Below, piece by piece: positions 25,685-35,486 of a stretch of DNA of 64,000 nucleotides. The translations under genes were made by a program, and so were the position numbers. Under the pieces are notes generated by a model. That model searched no databases, was not told the DNA's origin, and was given only the letters and a program-made list of their open reading frames with translations. Source of the DNA: Saccostrea echinata (taxonomy: Eukaryota); NCBI RefSeq assembly GCF_033153115.1, contig NW_026889796.1:4774001-4838000 (forward strand). The letters are read 5' to 3'. The stretch's first letter is position 1; every line of letters begins with the position of its first letter.

Positions 25685-25737
25685 AGTTCTACACAATTTG
25701 ACAATTTTGGTACAAAAGACGATCTATACTCCCCAAC

Positions 25738-27250
25738 ATGCCAACGTTAGAGTGCCCTGTATTTGGATGTGAGTGGCAGTCTCAGGACCTGGATGCAGCT
25801 TTTGCCGCAGCGATGACGGCAGCACTCCAGATCCACGATAGAACTGTTCACCAGCCACAGGCCCAGCCAGCAGCTGCCGCAGCTCCCAAACTGAAGTTGG
25901 ACCCACCCACCATAGCTGCTGGATGTGACCCAGACCAGTGGTCAGCGTTCACTCGACAATGGGAGATGTACAAGGTGGGTATGGCCATTGCCCAAAACGT
26001 CATACCCACTGCTCTGTTCTACTGCTGTGACTCAGACCTTCGGACCGACGTCATGCGTGACCAACGAGGTAACATCACAGACATGCCAGAGGCAGACCTG
26101 ATGAATGTTATTAAACGGCTTGCTGTGAAGGATGAGAGCACATTGGTACAACGCATTAAGCTCAGTTAGATGACACAAGCACCTGGTACCAGCATCAGAA
26201 CGTTTTAGCCAGTCTCCGAGGTCAGGCGTCTCTCTGTCAGTACAAGGCCACATGCAAGGAGGAAGGGTGTAACCACATTTACGACTACAGTGATGAGATC
26301 ATAAAGGACAATCTGGTTAGAGGAATTGCAGACCCTGAAATTTTGTCTGACCTGCTTGGTGATCCTAAGACAGACAGAACCTTGGAAGAAACTGTTTCCT
26401 TCATAGCACAGAAGAAACAAGGCAAAGTTACACGGAGTGCAGTTGGAGATTCAGCCGGTGCGATGTCGACAACGACCCATAGCCAAAAATCAGTACAAGG
26501 ACCTGGAGGCAAGTGCTGGGCATGTGGTGGACCTGCCCACGGACAAAGAAACGATCGTCGAGTCAGACATAGAAGTTGCGAGGCCTGGACATCTACATGT
26601 GCCAAGTGTAAAGTTAAGGGTCATTATACCAAGTCATGCAGCAAGTGTTCAACGTGTGGTGCCTGGGGACATCGTGATTCATCGTCAAGGGCTTGTACAC
26701 AGGGACGAGGACAGAAACTCCGCAATCAGGGACCATCACAGGAACCGACGAAAGATGCTGACGACAAGGTTGGTTATGTCTACGACCAGCTATGTACCAC
26801 ATCAGAACAATATCAGAATACAGCACGTCTTGAACATCACATCTTCGAAGGAAAATGGATAGCTAGGCCGTCCAAACCTCATCCGATGCTACTGGTTAAT
26901 ATGACACCTTTGGCCGAGGACCATGCGTCATTTGGACATCCCATCAAAGATGTTACAAGGCTCAAAACGATACAACTGACCATGGTAGCTGACACCGGAT
27001 GCCAGAGTACGATAATCCCATTGCAGACAGCCAACAACCTGGGAATTACCAGAAAGGACCTAATTCCAGTAAAGCTCGTTATGCGAGGTGCCATCAAAGA
27101 AAACCTTGGGGTTATTGGAGCGGTTGCAGTTGATGTGAGGGTCAGAGATGGTTCCAAATCTACACGCATATTATGTTATGTATCTGATGTCATGGAAAAA
27201 GCTTTCATCTGCAGGGAGGCACTGGTTTCTCTTGGAATAATTCATGCAGA
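25738..27250 (+). pseudogene. gag: gag-protease part of the gag-pol polyprotein, disrupted
   Basis: ATG at 25738; premature TAG at 26167-26169; 1-bp frameshift near 26205 (reading resumes ASLRGQASLCQYK...DNLVRGIADPEIL); three CCHC knuckles at 26514-26696; aspartic protease ADTG at ~26988-26999; interrupted at 27251. Confidence 0.9.
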
Positions 27251-28279
27251 CGCAGCACAGTTAAGGCTACAAAAAGGGGGCGGAGCCTAATTTGTACGGG
27301 AAAAGTTAACTATGACATCATACAAAACCAACAATTCTTAAAAATACTAGAAAATGAAATGATTTGCTATTTTTAACTATATGAAACCATCAAACTACAT
27401 CTAAACTTACTATAACATGCTGTTTTGTCTTAAGCTAAATTCCACATAGCAAGGTATAAACAAGTCACTGATCGCGATGCACTTGTCGATGTGACGTCAT
27501 TTCGTAAAACCTGACGCAGTTTGTATGCAGTGAGAGGCGGATCAAGAGATTTTTTATCGCCGAAAAATGTATCCTATAATTAAATAAAATATTATTTAAA
27601 GATATTTAAGAGGCCATTAACTTGAATGCGATGTCTTCTTTATGATTTTATTTATATATATTCCGTATATTTCCTATTTAATTGATTCTACCGTATATTT
27701 GTATGCAAGTACATCGGAGGGTAATGTAAGGGTCTTAATAAATCGATCTAGTGCAAGGGCATACACTCAATGGATCACAGTAAGCTTTTACATATAAACT
27801 CTAGAAGTATTAAGGTATCTGAAAAGTGCTGCGATCCTGATGAAATCTTGAAAATGAATTAATTATATCTATATTTAATGCCGTTGACCAGCAAAAAATA
27901 CAGAATGCGGTCATATAAATATGATTTTAACAATGAAATAGCAGAATCTATAGAGGATCGCAGCACTTTTCAGAAACTTCGATATGTGTTGAAAATATTT
28001 ATACTCTAAATTTAGAATTTTAACTTGATTATGCCCTTGCACTAGTGAAATTTATAGGTGACCTCAATATTGCCAGTATATGTGTTATATCACGTGACTG
28101 CCGCATCACGTGACAAGTCTAAATATAAAATCTTATCGTCTTCAATATGTAGTTATTAACCATAATTACATTTGTCGGAAATCAATAAAGTACTGAATAG
28201 AATCGCCATCCTGATTAAGAATATCTTTTTAATCACAAAAAATGCCGATATTTCCATTGCGCACCTTAACTGTACTGCG
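27251..28279. mobile_element. 1029-bp non-autonomous TIR element (EnSpm/CMC-like) nested in gag-pol
   Basis: 16-bp TIRs cgcagcacagttaagg / ccttaactgtactgcg (1 mismatch); 2-bp GA TSD (27249-50 / 28280-81); AT-rich interior contrasting with the flanking coding DNA. Confidence 0.85.
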
Positions 28280-31200
28280 GACTTCCCAAACCATCCCGTA
28301 GACACATCAGAGAGTTTTGCTTCTGTAGAAGATGAGACTACCTGCTCCTGTCCCAGACGTCAGCCTAATCCACCTCCACTACCAACAACACTACCACCAG
28401 GCTTGGACGCTACTGAAGAAAATGTGGATGCATTAAAGGAATGGCTACTTGATTACTACAGTGCTACAACTTTTAACGTATGTGAACATCAACCTTTACC
28501 GCTGATGAACTGTGAGCCCCTAAAGCTTCACATAGATCCTGATGCCAGAGCAGTTGCTGTTCACAAGCCAGCACTGGTACCCATCCATTGGCAGGATAAA
28601 GTCTATGCTGACCTGGAGAGAGACGTAAGAATTGGAGTCTTGGAGAAAGTTAGCCAGAATACCCCTACAACATGGTGTTCCAGGATGGTAGTTACAGGTA
28701 AAGCTGATGGTACGCCCAGAAGGAAGGTAGATCTTCAACCACAAAACCGTCACTCCGTACGCCAGACCCATCATGTACCGAGTCCGTTTCATCTAGCAGA
28801 CAGGGTACCTCAAGGTATGAAGAAGACCGTTACTGACGCTTGGAATGGATACCACTCTGTACCTATTCGAGAGGAGGACCGTCACTTTACCACTTTTATC
28901 ACACCATGGGGACGGTACAGATACAAGGTAGCTCCACAGGGATTTATGGCCAGCGGAGATGCTTACAACCAACGATTTGATGCTGTCATTACGGACTTCA
29001 AGAACAAGGTCAAATGCGTGGATGACACTTGTATGTGGGCAGATTCTGTTAAAGCAGCATTCTTCCAGACGTGCGAATGGTTAGACCTCTGTGCTCGGAA
29101 TGGTATTACCCTCAACCCGAAGAAGTTCCAGTTTGCTCAAGATATTGTAGATTTTGCTGGACTCACAATTACTCCTACAAATATACGACCAAGCACAAAG
29201 TTCCTAGATGCAATCAGCAACTTTCCCACACCATCCGACATTACCGGTGCAAGAGCATGGTCTGGATTGGTCAACCAAGGTGCCTACGCGTTTGCCATGA
29301 CTAAACAGATGAAACCGTTCCGAGCTCTATTGAAACCATCTACACCGTTCCATTGGACGGATGAGCTAGATGAACTATTTACAAAGTCCAAAGAGGTCAT
29401 TATCCAGGAGATGAAGGAAGGTGTTCGTCTGTTTGACCCAGCACGCATGACCTGTCTAGCCACAGACTGGTCCATTGATGGTATTGGCTTCTTCATGATG
29501 CAGAAGTATTGCAGCTGTGCCAGTAAGACCCCAGCATGCTGTAATGACGGATGGAAGCTTTGTTTGGTCGGCAGTAGATTCACCCACCCAGCAGAAAGTA
29601 GATACGCTCCAATCGAAGGCGAAGCCTTGGCTGTTGTGTACGCACTCCACCAGACAAGATACTATGTGCTCGGATGCGAAGATCTCATTGTCGCCACTGA
29701 CCATAAACCACTACTCCAGATATTGAACGACCGATCACTCACTAAAATAGATAACAGGCGTCTCCTTAACCTGAAAGAAAAGACCCTTGGATACAAGTTT
29801 ACGGTGGTTCATGTACCTGGGAAGAAGAACCTTGATCCGGATGCAGCTTCCAGACATCCAGCTTGCCCCCCAGATCGACTGATATTACCTGGTGATGCCA
29901 CAGTAGACAAGTCCCTTGACAGTTGCTCTGCCAGTTGTCGTGATACACCCACCAGTTTCGGCCCATCTACTGAGGATCGAGATCAAGCTGATGATACCTC
30001 CACAGTTGCTGCCGCTACAACTGCATTAAATGCCAACATCATGGTTGTAACTTGGGATATGGTACGTGAAGCCACAGCATCAGATCCTACGTATATTAGC
30101 CTGCTTCAGCAGATAGAAGAAGGGTTCCCAGAGGATTATAGGGATTTGCCACTGGAGTTGCGCCCATTTCATCGTTTTTCTGGCAGTCTATGCTCTGTTG
30201 ATGGTGTGGTTCTCTTGGGACAGCGTATAGTCATTCCACCTGCCTTACGTAAACCAGTACTCAATGCACTTCATGCCGCACACCAAGGAGTCTCGTCGAT
30301 GCGTGCCAGAGCCATGGACTCGGTGTATTGGCCAGATATCACGGTGGATATTGCCAGGACGAGGGACCAGTGTGGACATTGTCACCAGATGGCTAAGTCA
30401 AACCCCATGCAGCCACCTACTGATATAGTTCCTCCTGAATATCCTTTCCAGAAGATCTGCAGCGACTACTTCACCTACAACAGTAAGGATTATGTTGTCG
30501 TTGTGGACAGGTACTCCAACTGGCCCATGGTATACAGATCGGAGTCTGGAGCGGATGGACTGGTGAAGCGCCTTCGTGAGACGTTTGTCACATTTGGTAT
30601 CCCAGAGGAATTAACATCAGATGGAGGTCCTCAGTATACAGCTGGAAAGACACAGGAATTCCTGAAAGCCTGGGGAGTCAGACATAGAATCTCATCAGTT
30701 GCAAATCCACATGCCAACTGCAGAGCTGAAGTTGCAGTGAAGATGGTAAAACGTATGCTTGCGGACAACATCACAGCCAATGGTTCCTTAGACGTGGATA
30801 AGTTTCAGAGGGCTTTACTTATATACAGGAACTCCATTGATCCAGAGACGAAGGCATCCCCAGCCTTGATCCTGTTTGGTCGTCCAATCAGAGATGCCGT
30901 ACCAATCGTAATGGGTAGATATTCGCCTCATGATACATGGAAGGAACTGATGTCGAGTAGAGAGTTAGCTCTTGCCAAACGCCACTCAAGAGAGCATGAA
31001 AGATGGAATGAGCATACCCATCAGCTACCACCACTGCAGGTTGGAGACCATGTGTATATCCAAAACTTAATGGGCAACCACCCAAGGAGATGGGAACGCA
31101 CTGGAGTTGTTGTTGAGGTCCGCCAATACCACCAGTATGTGGTACGTGTAGATGGCACAGGAAGGGTTACGCTAAGAAATCGCCAGCATCTGAGGAAATT

Positions 31201-31672
31201 CACCCCGTTTAACAGCAATTCACCCAGTGCGATTGAAACGATGCCGAGAATGCCACAGCCTTCAGAAAAGACTGTTACAGATGGTTCATCCTCGACTCAG
31301 AAAACATTGACTCTAAATCCATTGAAATGTAGCACACCACAACCTTCGCATGTGACTCCCAGGGTGGATGGCCCTTCTGTTCCACCACCTGTTAACCATG
31401 GTTCACCTGCTACATCTGGAGAGGTCTCACCTGCAGTCGTGACCCCAAAATCAACCGCTAAGTCGCGTTTATCGCCAAGACGACTATTGACGGACAAGGA
31501 CGAAGTCGCTCCTCCGACAGAACATGAAGACAAACCGAAGGTCACACGTTTACCCCGCGCTCTGGCTCGTCTTCAGCCGCACAATGCACCTGGAAAGAAA
31601 GAGTTGTTGACGCCTGGAAGACCACGCCGCAATACTAGACAGGATTCCATGGATTCTGCAGAGAATAACTGA
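28280..31672 (+). CDS. pol: pol remainder: reverse transcriptase, RNase H, integrase (open frame, but cut off from its start)
   Basis: RT DAWNGYHSV, TTFITPWGRYRY, PQG, CVDD; RNase H ATDWS, EGEALA, TDHKPL, DAASR; integrase HAAH..CGHC, SDYF, SDGGPQ, AEVAVK; Pro/Ser/Thr-rich tail; no chromodomain or env seen. Confidence 0.92.
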   Translation, partial: DFPNHPVDTSESFASVEDETTCSCPRRQPNPPPLPTTLPPGLDATEENVDALKEWLLDYYSATTFNVCEHQPLPLMNCEPLKLHIDPDARAVAVHKPALVPIHWQDKVYADLERDVRIGVLEKVSQNTPTTWCSRMVVTGKADGTPRRKVDLQPQNRHSVRQTHHVPSPFHLADRVPQGMKKTVTDAWNGYHSVPIREEDRHFTTFITPWGRYRYKVAPQGFMASGDAYNQRFDAVITDFKNKVKCVDDTCMWADSVKAAFFQTCEWLDLCARNGITLNPKKFQFAQDIVDFAGLTITPTNIRPSTKFLDAISNFPTPSDITGARAWSGLVNQGAYAFAMTKQMKPFRALLKPSTPFHWTDELDELFTKSKEVIIQEMKEGVRLFDPARMTCLATDWSIDGIGFFMMQKYCSCASKTPACCNDGWKLCLVGSRFTHPAESRYAPIEGEALAVVYALHQTRYYVLGCEDLIVATDHKPLLQILNDRSLTKIDNRRLLNLKEKTLGYKFTVVHVPGKKNLDPDAASRHPACPPDRLILPGDATVDKSLDSCSASCRDTPTSFGPSTEDRDQADDTSTVAAATTALNANIMVVTWDMVREATASDPTYISLLQQIEEGFPEDYRDLPLELRPFHRFSGSLCSVDGVVLLGQRIVIPPALRKPVLNALHAAHQGVSSMRARAMDSVYWPDITVDIARTRDQCGHCHQMAKSNPMQPPTDIVPPEYPFQKICSDYFTYNSKDYVVVVDRYSNWPMVYRSESGADGLVKRLRETFVTFGIPEELTSDGGPQYTAGKTQEFLKAWGVRHRISSVANPHANCRAEVAVKMVKRMLADNITANGSLDVDKFQRALLIYRNSIDPETKASPALILFGRPIRDAVPIVMGRYSPHDTWKELMSSRELALAKRHSREHERWNEHTHQLPPLQVGDHVYIQNLMGNHPRRWERTGVVVEVRQYHQYVVRVDGTGRVTLRNRQHLRKFTPFNSNSPSAIETMPRMPQPSEKTVTDGSSSTQKTLTLNPLKCSTPQPSHVTPRVDGPSVPPPVNHGSPATSGEVSPAVVTPKSTAKSRLSPRRLLTDKDEVAPPTEHEDKPKVTRLPRALARLQPHNAPGKKELLTPGRPRRNTRQDSMDSAENN

Positions 31673-31803
31673 TTATTAGACAGTTCAATTGATCTTTAAT
31701 TACTAGTGACTGAAGTACAGTTGTGATATGAAACATTCCGTAATTTGATATTTGATTTATACAGACCTTTTAAGTTTTATTAATGCCTAAAAAACTTGTC
31801 CCC

Positions 31804-31813
31804 GGGGGAGGAG
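31804..31813 (+). promoter_or_regulatory. Polypurine tract
   Basis: gggggaggag directly 5' of the 3' LTR. Confidence 0.9.
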
Positions 31814-31917
31814 ATAACTAATCATTTATGTAATGTAATATTATTTCTATATGTTTCAGGTATCAGTCATCCTAAGTTAATTAAAGAGTTACTCATTGGA
31901 TGATGGTTATCATTTAT
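31814..31917 (+). repeat. 3' LTR
   Basis: Direct repeat of 25571-25674 with one mismatch. Confidence 0.95.
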
Positions 31918-32409
31918 ATAGGTAATATGCAAAATTGTCTATGGTTGAATGATGATTAGATTGTGCAAACTTAAGTTGCTTGATTTGGAAAGTGATTTTT
32001 GCATATTCTTCACTATGTGGCTTCAAATATAGTTGATAAATGTCAAAAATGAACTTTTTAAGACAGTCAACGCTAATTCGACACTTTCATTGAGGCACAA
32101 TGCAGTACACAAGGATGTTAGTATGAAAAGATTGCATGTACATTTATAATCGAAATATCCATAAAAATATGATGAACAAGATTCTGACTAAAATGGTAAT
32201 TCTCCTTTAAATCCATTGATTACTTTCTATTGAAAGTGGAATTTACAATAAAACAGTATTTGGACTTAGCAACGACAGCCTGCAGCTTTATTATATTGAA
32301 CAGAATGCATGACTATATATCATAAAGTTTAAAACCGGTTCTGAAGAACCACGTGATATAAAGCAAGTATTCGAAAGAAAAGTCGAGAACTGGCAATTAA
32401 ATTCAGGCA

Positions 32410-32697
32410 TTTGTTTGTTTGTTTAACGTCCCTCTCGAGAATTTTTCACTCATGTGGAGACGCCACCACTTGCCGATAGAGAGCTGCAAATGTTTGACCT
32501 ATACTCGGCACTTAGGGCCATTGTGCAGTGAGGGATCTTTTTCGTGCCAGCACCTATACTGCGACACGGGACCTCGGTTTATTCGGTCTCATCCGAAGGA
32601 CCGGTCTCCACGTCCCACACTGGGATTCAAACCCGCGACGTAAGGATCAACTCCTTACTTCGCGACTCTAGAGCGAACGCTCTAACCACTGCGCCAC
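32410..32697 (-). mobile_element. tRNA-derived SINE (different head, shared 3' body)
   Basis: Minus strand: A box gtggcgcagtggttagagcg, B box gggtttgaatccc, body ttcggatgagac..aaaccgaggtcc..ccctcactgc..gagtgaaaaattctcgagagggacgttaaac, (aaac)n tail. Confidence 0.85.
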
Positions 32698-32889
32698 AAA
32701 TTTCCTTGACATACAAATATTTACGTATATTTTGAACAATATTAGGAAGAAAATCTACCGAATCTACATACGACTAACGCTAGTATAAAACATTTCTAAT
32801 AAGAAAGACAGAGATTGGGTTCATGTGCTTTGTTCTCTGTTTTCTAGAAAATTATAATCACAAGCTAATCACTATTTGTAAATTATGCC

Positions 32890-32927
<38 letters not shown>

Positions 32928-33601
32928 TTATTTATTTTTTTGGGGTCAATTTGAATCGATAACCCTCGCCATGATAGCTTGCAGTTGTTTTCTTAATTAT
33001 ATACATTACAATAAATTGTCATGTTTAAAACAAAAACGTATACATTGAGAAGTATATAATTAAACTGTCAATCGAAAGACACTCTAGAGGCATGGTGTGC
33101 TGCCTTGAAATTCCAGGTTTTTATAATAAAGCTTATTGTTATTAACAGAGTACTTTTAATATAATAATGGATCGAGATTGATGTACCTTAAGGATAATTT
33201 AAAAGGTTATTTTTCTAAAAACTAAGCCATTTCTTGCTGCTTCATTAAACCATGACAAGGCTTTGCAGGTTTTTTAATATAAATATTTTTAGAATTCCAT
33301 CAACTACCCACGGTTTTATAAAACATTATTAACAAAGCGTAAAAGACGTCTCATTATTTTCCATATATTCTTCCATGTTTTAGCTTTCCCTATTATCAAT
33401 TTAATTCCAGGTGCATACGGTCATTAGTGGAGCTTTCTTTATCTAGAGATTATCGACGTACTCATTGACTCATCCGCTGATAAAAATGAAATGGAAAATG
33501 CTTTCCCCTTTGTTAATTGGTTAAAAAAAACATCCTTTTTACTTCTTTCCGTTCGGAGAGAAACTTCAAGCAAGAAAAAATAAATGTCGCGAGTGGGAAA
33601 G

Positions 33602-33865
33602 CATGGCCGTAGGAACCGGGGGGGGGGGGGCACGGGGCCGTGCCCCCCCCCCCCAATAATTTTGCCGATATATAGATTACTATAGAAAACATAGATACTA
33701 TATGCCTGTGCCCTCTCAATAAAAACGTCTGATGACCTTTTTTTTTTTTTTTTTTGCTTGTCGAGAAATTTTTGGTAGTTGATAGTGCCCTCTCAACTGA
33801 AAATGTATGGCTGTGCCCCCGCCCCCCCCCCCCCCCCCAAACTGAAATTGCTTCCTACGGGCCTG
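33602..33865 (-). mobile_element. MITE with 14-bp TIRs and 5-bp TSD (copy 2)
   Basis: catggccgtaggaa ... ttcctacgggcctg, flanked by gaaag on both sides; inverted homolog of 5081-5325. Confidence 0.85.
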
Positions 33866-35480
33866 GAAAGTATGCATAAACTACGTAATTAGTACCTAAT
33901 GAACAATGTAGGTAAATACTGCATATGATCATTTTTTAAAAATCTAATCATAAAAGAAATATACCAGTTAATATTGCAATAGATTTCTTAGTGCAGAAAG
34001 TGTAGGGAAAATGTAATTTTTAACGCTTCTGTTTTCTAAAGGGGTTATTTTTGTTTTTGCGCTTCCATGTGATTTCATTATAGTTGACTCTGAAGTTATA
34101 TTGTAGAGCAGTTTGCACATCTGTGCCTCTTTATCAGATGCATGCGTGTTCATTCAATTCATAAAAGCGTCCTCTAATTTATTCTTCCGTTTATATTTAT
34201 TTATATTTCAAGAAAACTATTACTTGATTATAAATACGTTTGCCATGCCATTCCTCAAAATGTATGACTAAGACTGTTTGAATATACACATCTGTTTAAT
34301 AAGGGTGAAACAGAAAGATGTTTATTTGTAGATTCATAAAAATGATAAATTTAGAACACGCTGTGATATAAATTTATAAACATAGATAAAAAAGCTATCT
34401 CAATTCTAAATTTAGAGATTGTTTTCGACGATTATTTTGCCATTTGCTCTCTAAAAGAAACGTTGGTGTAGAATTCTCAGAATTTTCATTCAAATCCACC
34501 ATGGAGCTTTTACATTAAAAAAAAAAAATATTTATTAAATTAAATGGCATTGTAAGTTGCTGATGTTCATAGCCATGTTAAAGAGTTTGATAAATTTAAA
34601 TCTAAGTGTAAGAAGATATCTTATTTAACTGTACTGTCATTGCAAGAAAGAGTACATTCAAATTTCATAAATAAATGCAATAATTTTGAATTGTTAGGTT
34701 TATCTAAACGTATTTTGATGCTATTATCCATTGTGGTTCAATGAACTGATTATCAAAAAGAATTAATCATTTAACTTCAAAGTCATACATTCCATTATCT
34801 GACGATGTAGTGGACATTCAGATTTATTTTAAATATTGTTCAGTTTCGTTGAAAAAAAAATCCTGTTAAAATTAACAATGATTTCAATGGGGACTTTGAG
34901 ATAGCATGAATTGCTAGAATGTTGGGAAAATAAATGACATCTTGCCTGAAATTCTTCGACAAGCAACAAAATAAAAATAAATAACCCGAGCTCGGAAATA
35001 CTATTAAGGGAAGGCGCGGGGGGAGGGGGGAGTTCACGGTTCATAATATGTTTGGAAATGGGGACACCCCTCCCAACTACATGTACCTGCCTGTGTTTAT
35101 TAATAACAAACCTATGTTCATATGTCTGTTGTGTGCAACCATTTAAATGCCGTTCACACTTTACTTTGTAAAGTACTTTGTACTTTAAATTTAAACTAGT
35201 TAATCTCGTGCGCAACCCCTGCTTTACTTCTTTATATGGTTAGAGGTACCGACCTCGCCGAACTACACAAAGTTTTCTCGTTACCTTTGAGATCTGATCG
35301 AGAATCTTCGAAATCATAATGGATGTTGCTAAGAGGAGAAAAAAAAATTTTATGCCAAGTATTTTTCTCATTCGAAATATACACAAAATTACGGACAATA
35401 TCGATTTCAGTAATTTCTTACTACTCGTTAATTTCAAATGGTGGAAGCATCATAAACACACTGTTTTCATGACGACAACT

Positions 35481-35486
35481 TTTATT
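35481..35486 (-). promoter_or_regulatory. Candidate polyadenylation signal for the minus-strand GPCR (~2.1-kb 3' UTR)
   Basis: tttatt (AATAAA on the minus strand) followed on the minus strand by GT-rich gttgtcgtc...agtgtgttt. Confidence 0.3.

Larger units (their letters stand above)
25571..31917 (+). mobile_element. Full-length Ty3/Gypsy LTR retrotransposon (disabled; possibly Mag-related lineage)
   Basis: Direct LTRs 25571-25674 and 31814-31917; domain order gag-PR-RT-RNaseH-IN; PPT before the 3' LTR; flanks compatible with a TATA (or ATA) TSD. Confidence 0.95.

Noticed and set aside
25677-25685. Minus-strand TGGTATCAG resembling an initiator-Met tRNA PBS
   Set aside because: Wrong strand for this element's orientation, and it matches the plant-type iMet end rather than the metazoan one. 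It is better explained as the complement of the LTR segment.
26167-26210. Programmed readthrough or frameshift between gag ORFs
   Set aside because: The stop and shift fall mid-capsid, upstream of the zinc knuckles, with no slippery heptamer; they look like mutations.
27837-27860. ctgatga...gaaa hammerhead-like core
   Set aside because: No convincing stems I-III around it.
27261-28269. Alternative reading of the nested insertion as a TTAA-flanked Kolobok (ttaaGG...CCttaa)
   Set aside because: Sequences inside the TTAA do not form TIRs, and removal would leave a 24-bp palindrome in the protease-RT linker. The outer 16-bp TIR plus GA TSD restores the protein cleanly.
28172-28279. TTG start and N-terminus of the 1166-aa ORF
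   Set aside because: Lies inside the nested TIR element; chance open frame, not part of pol.
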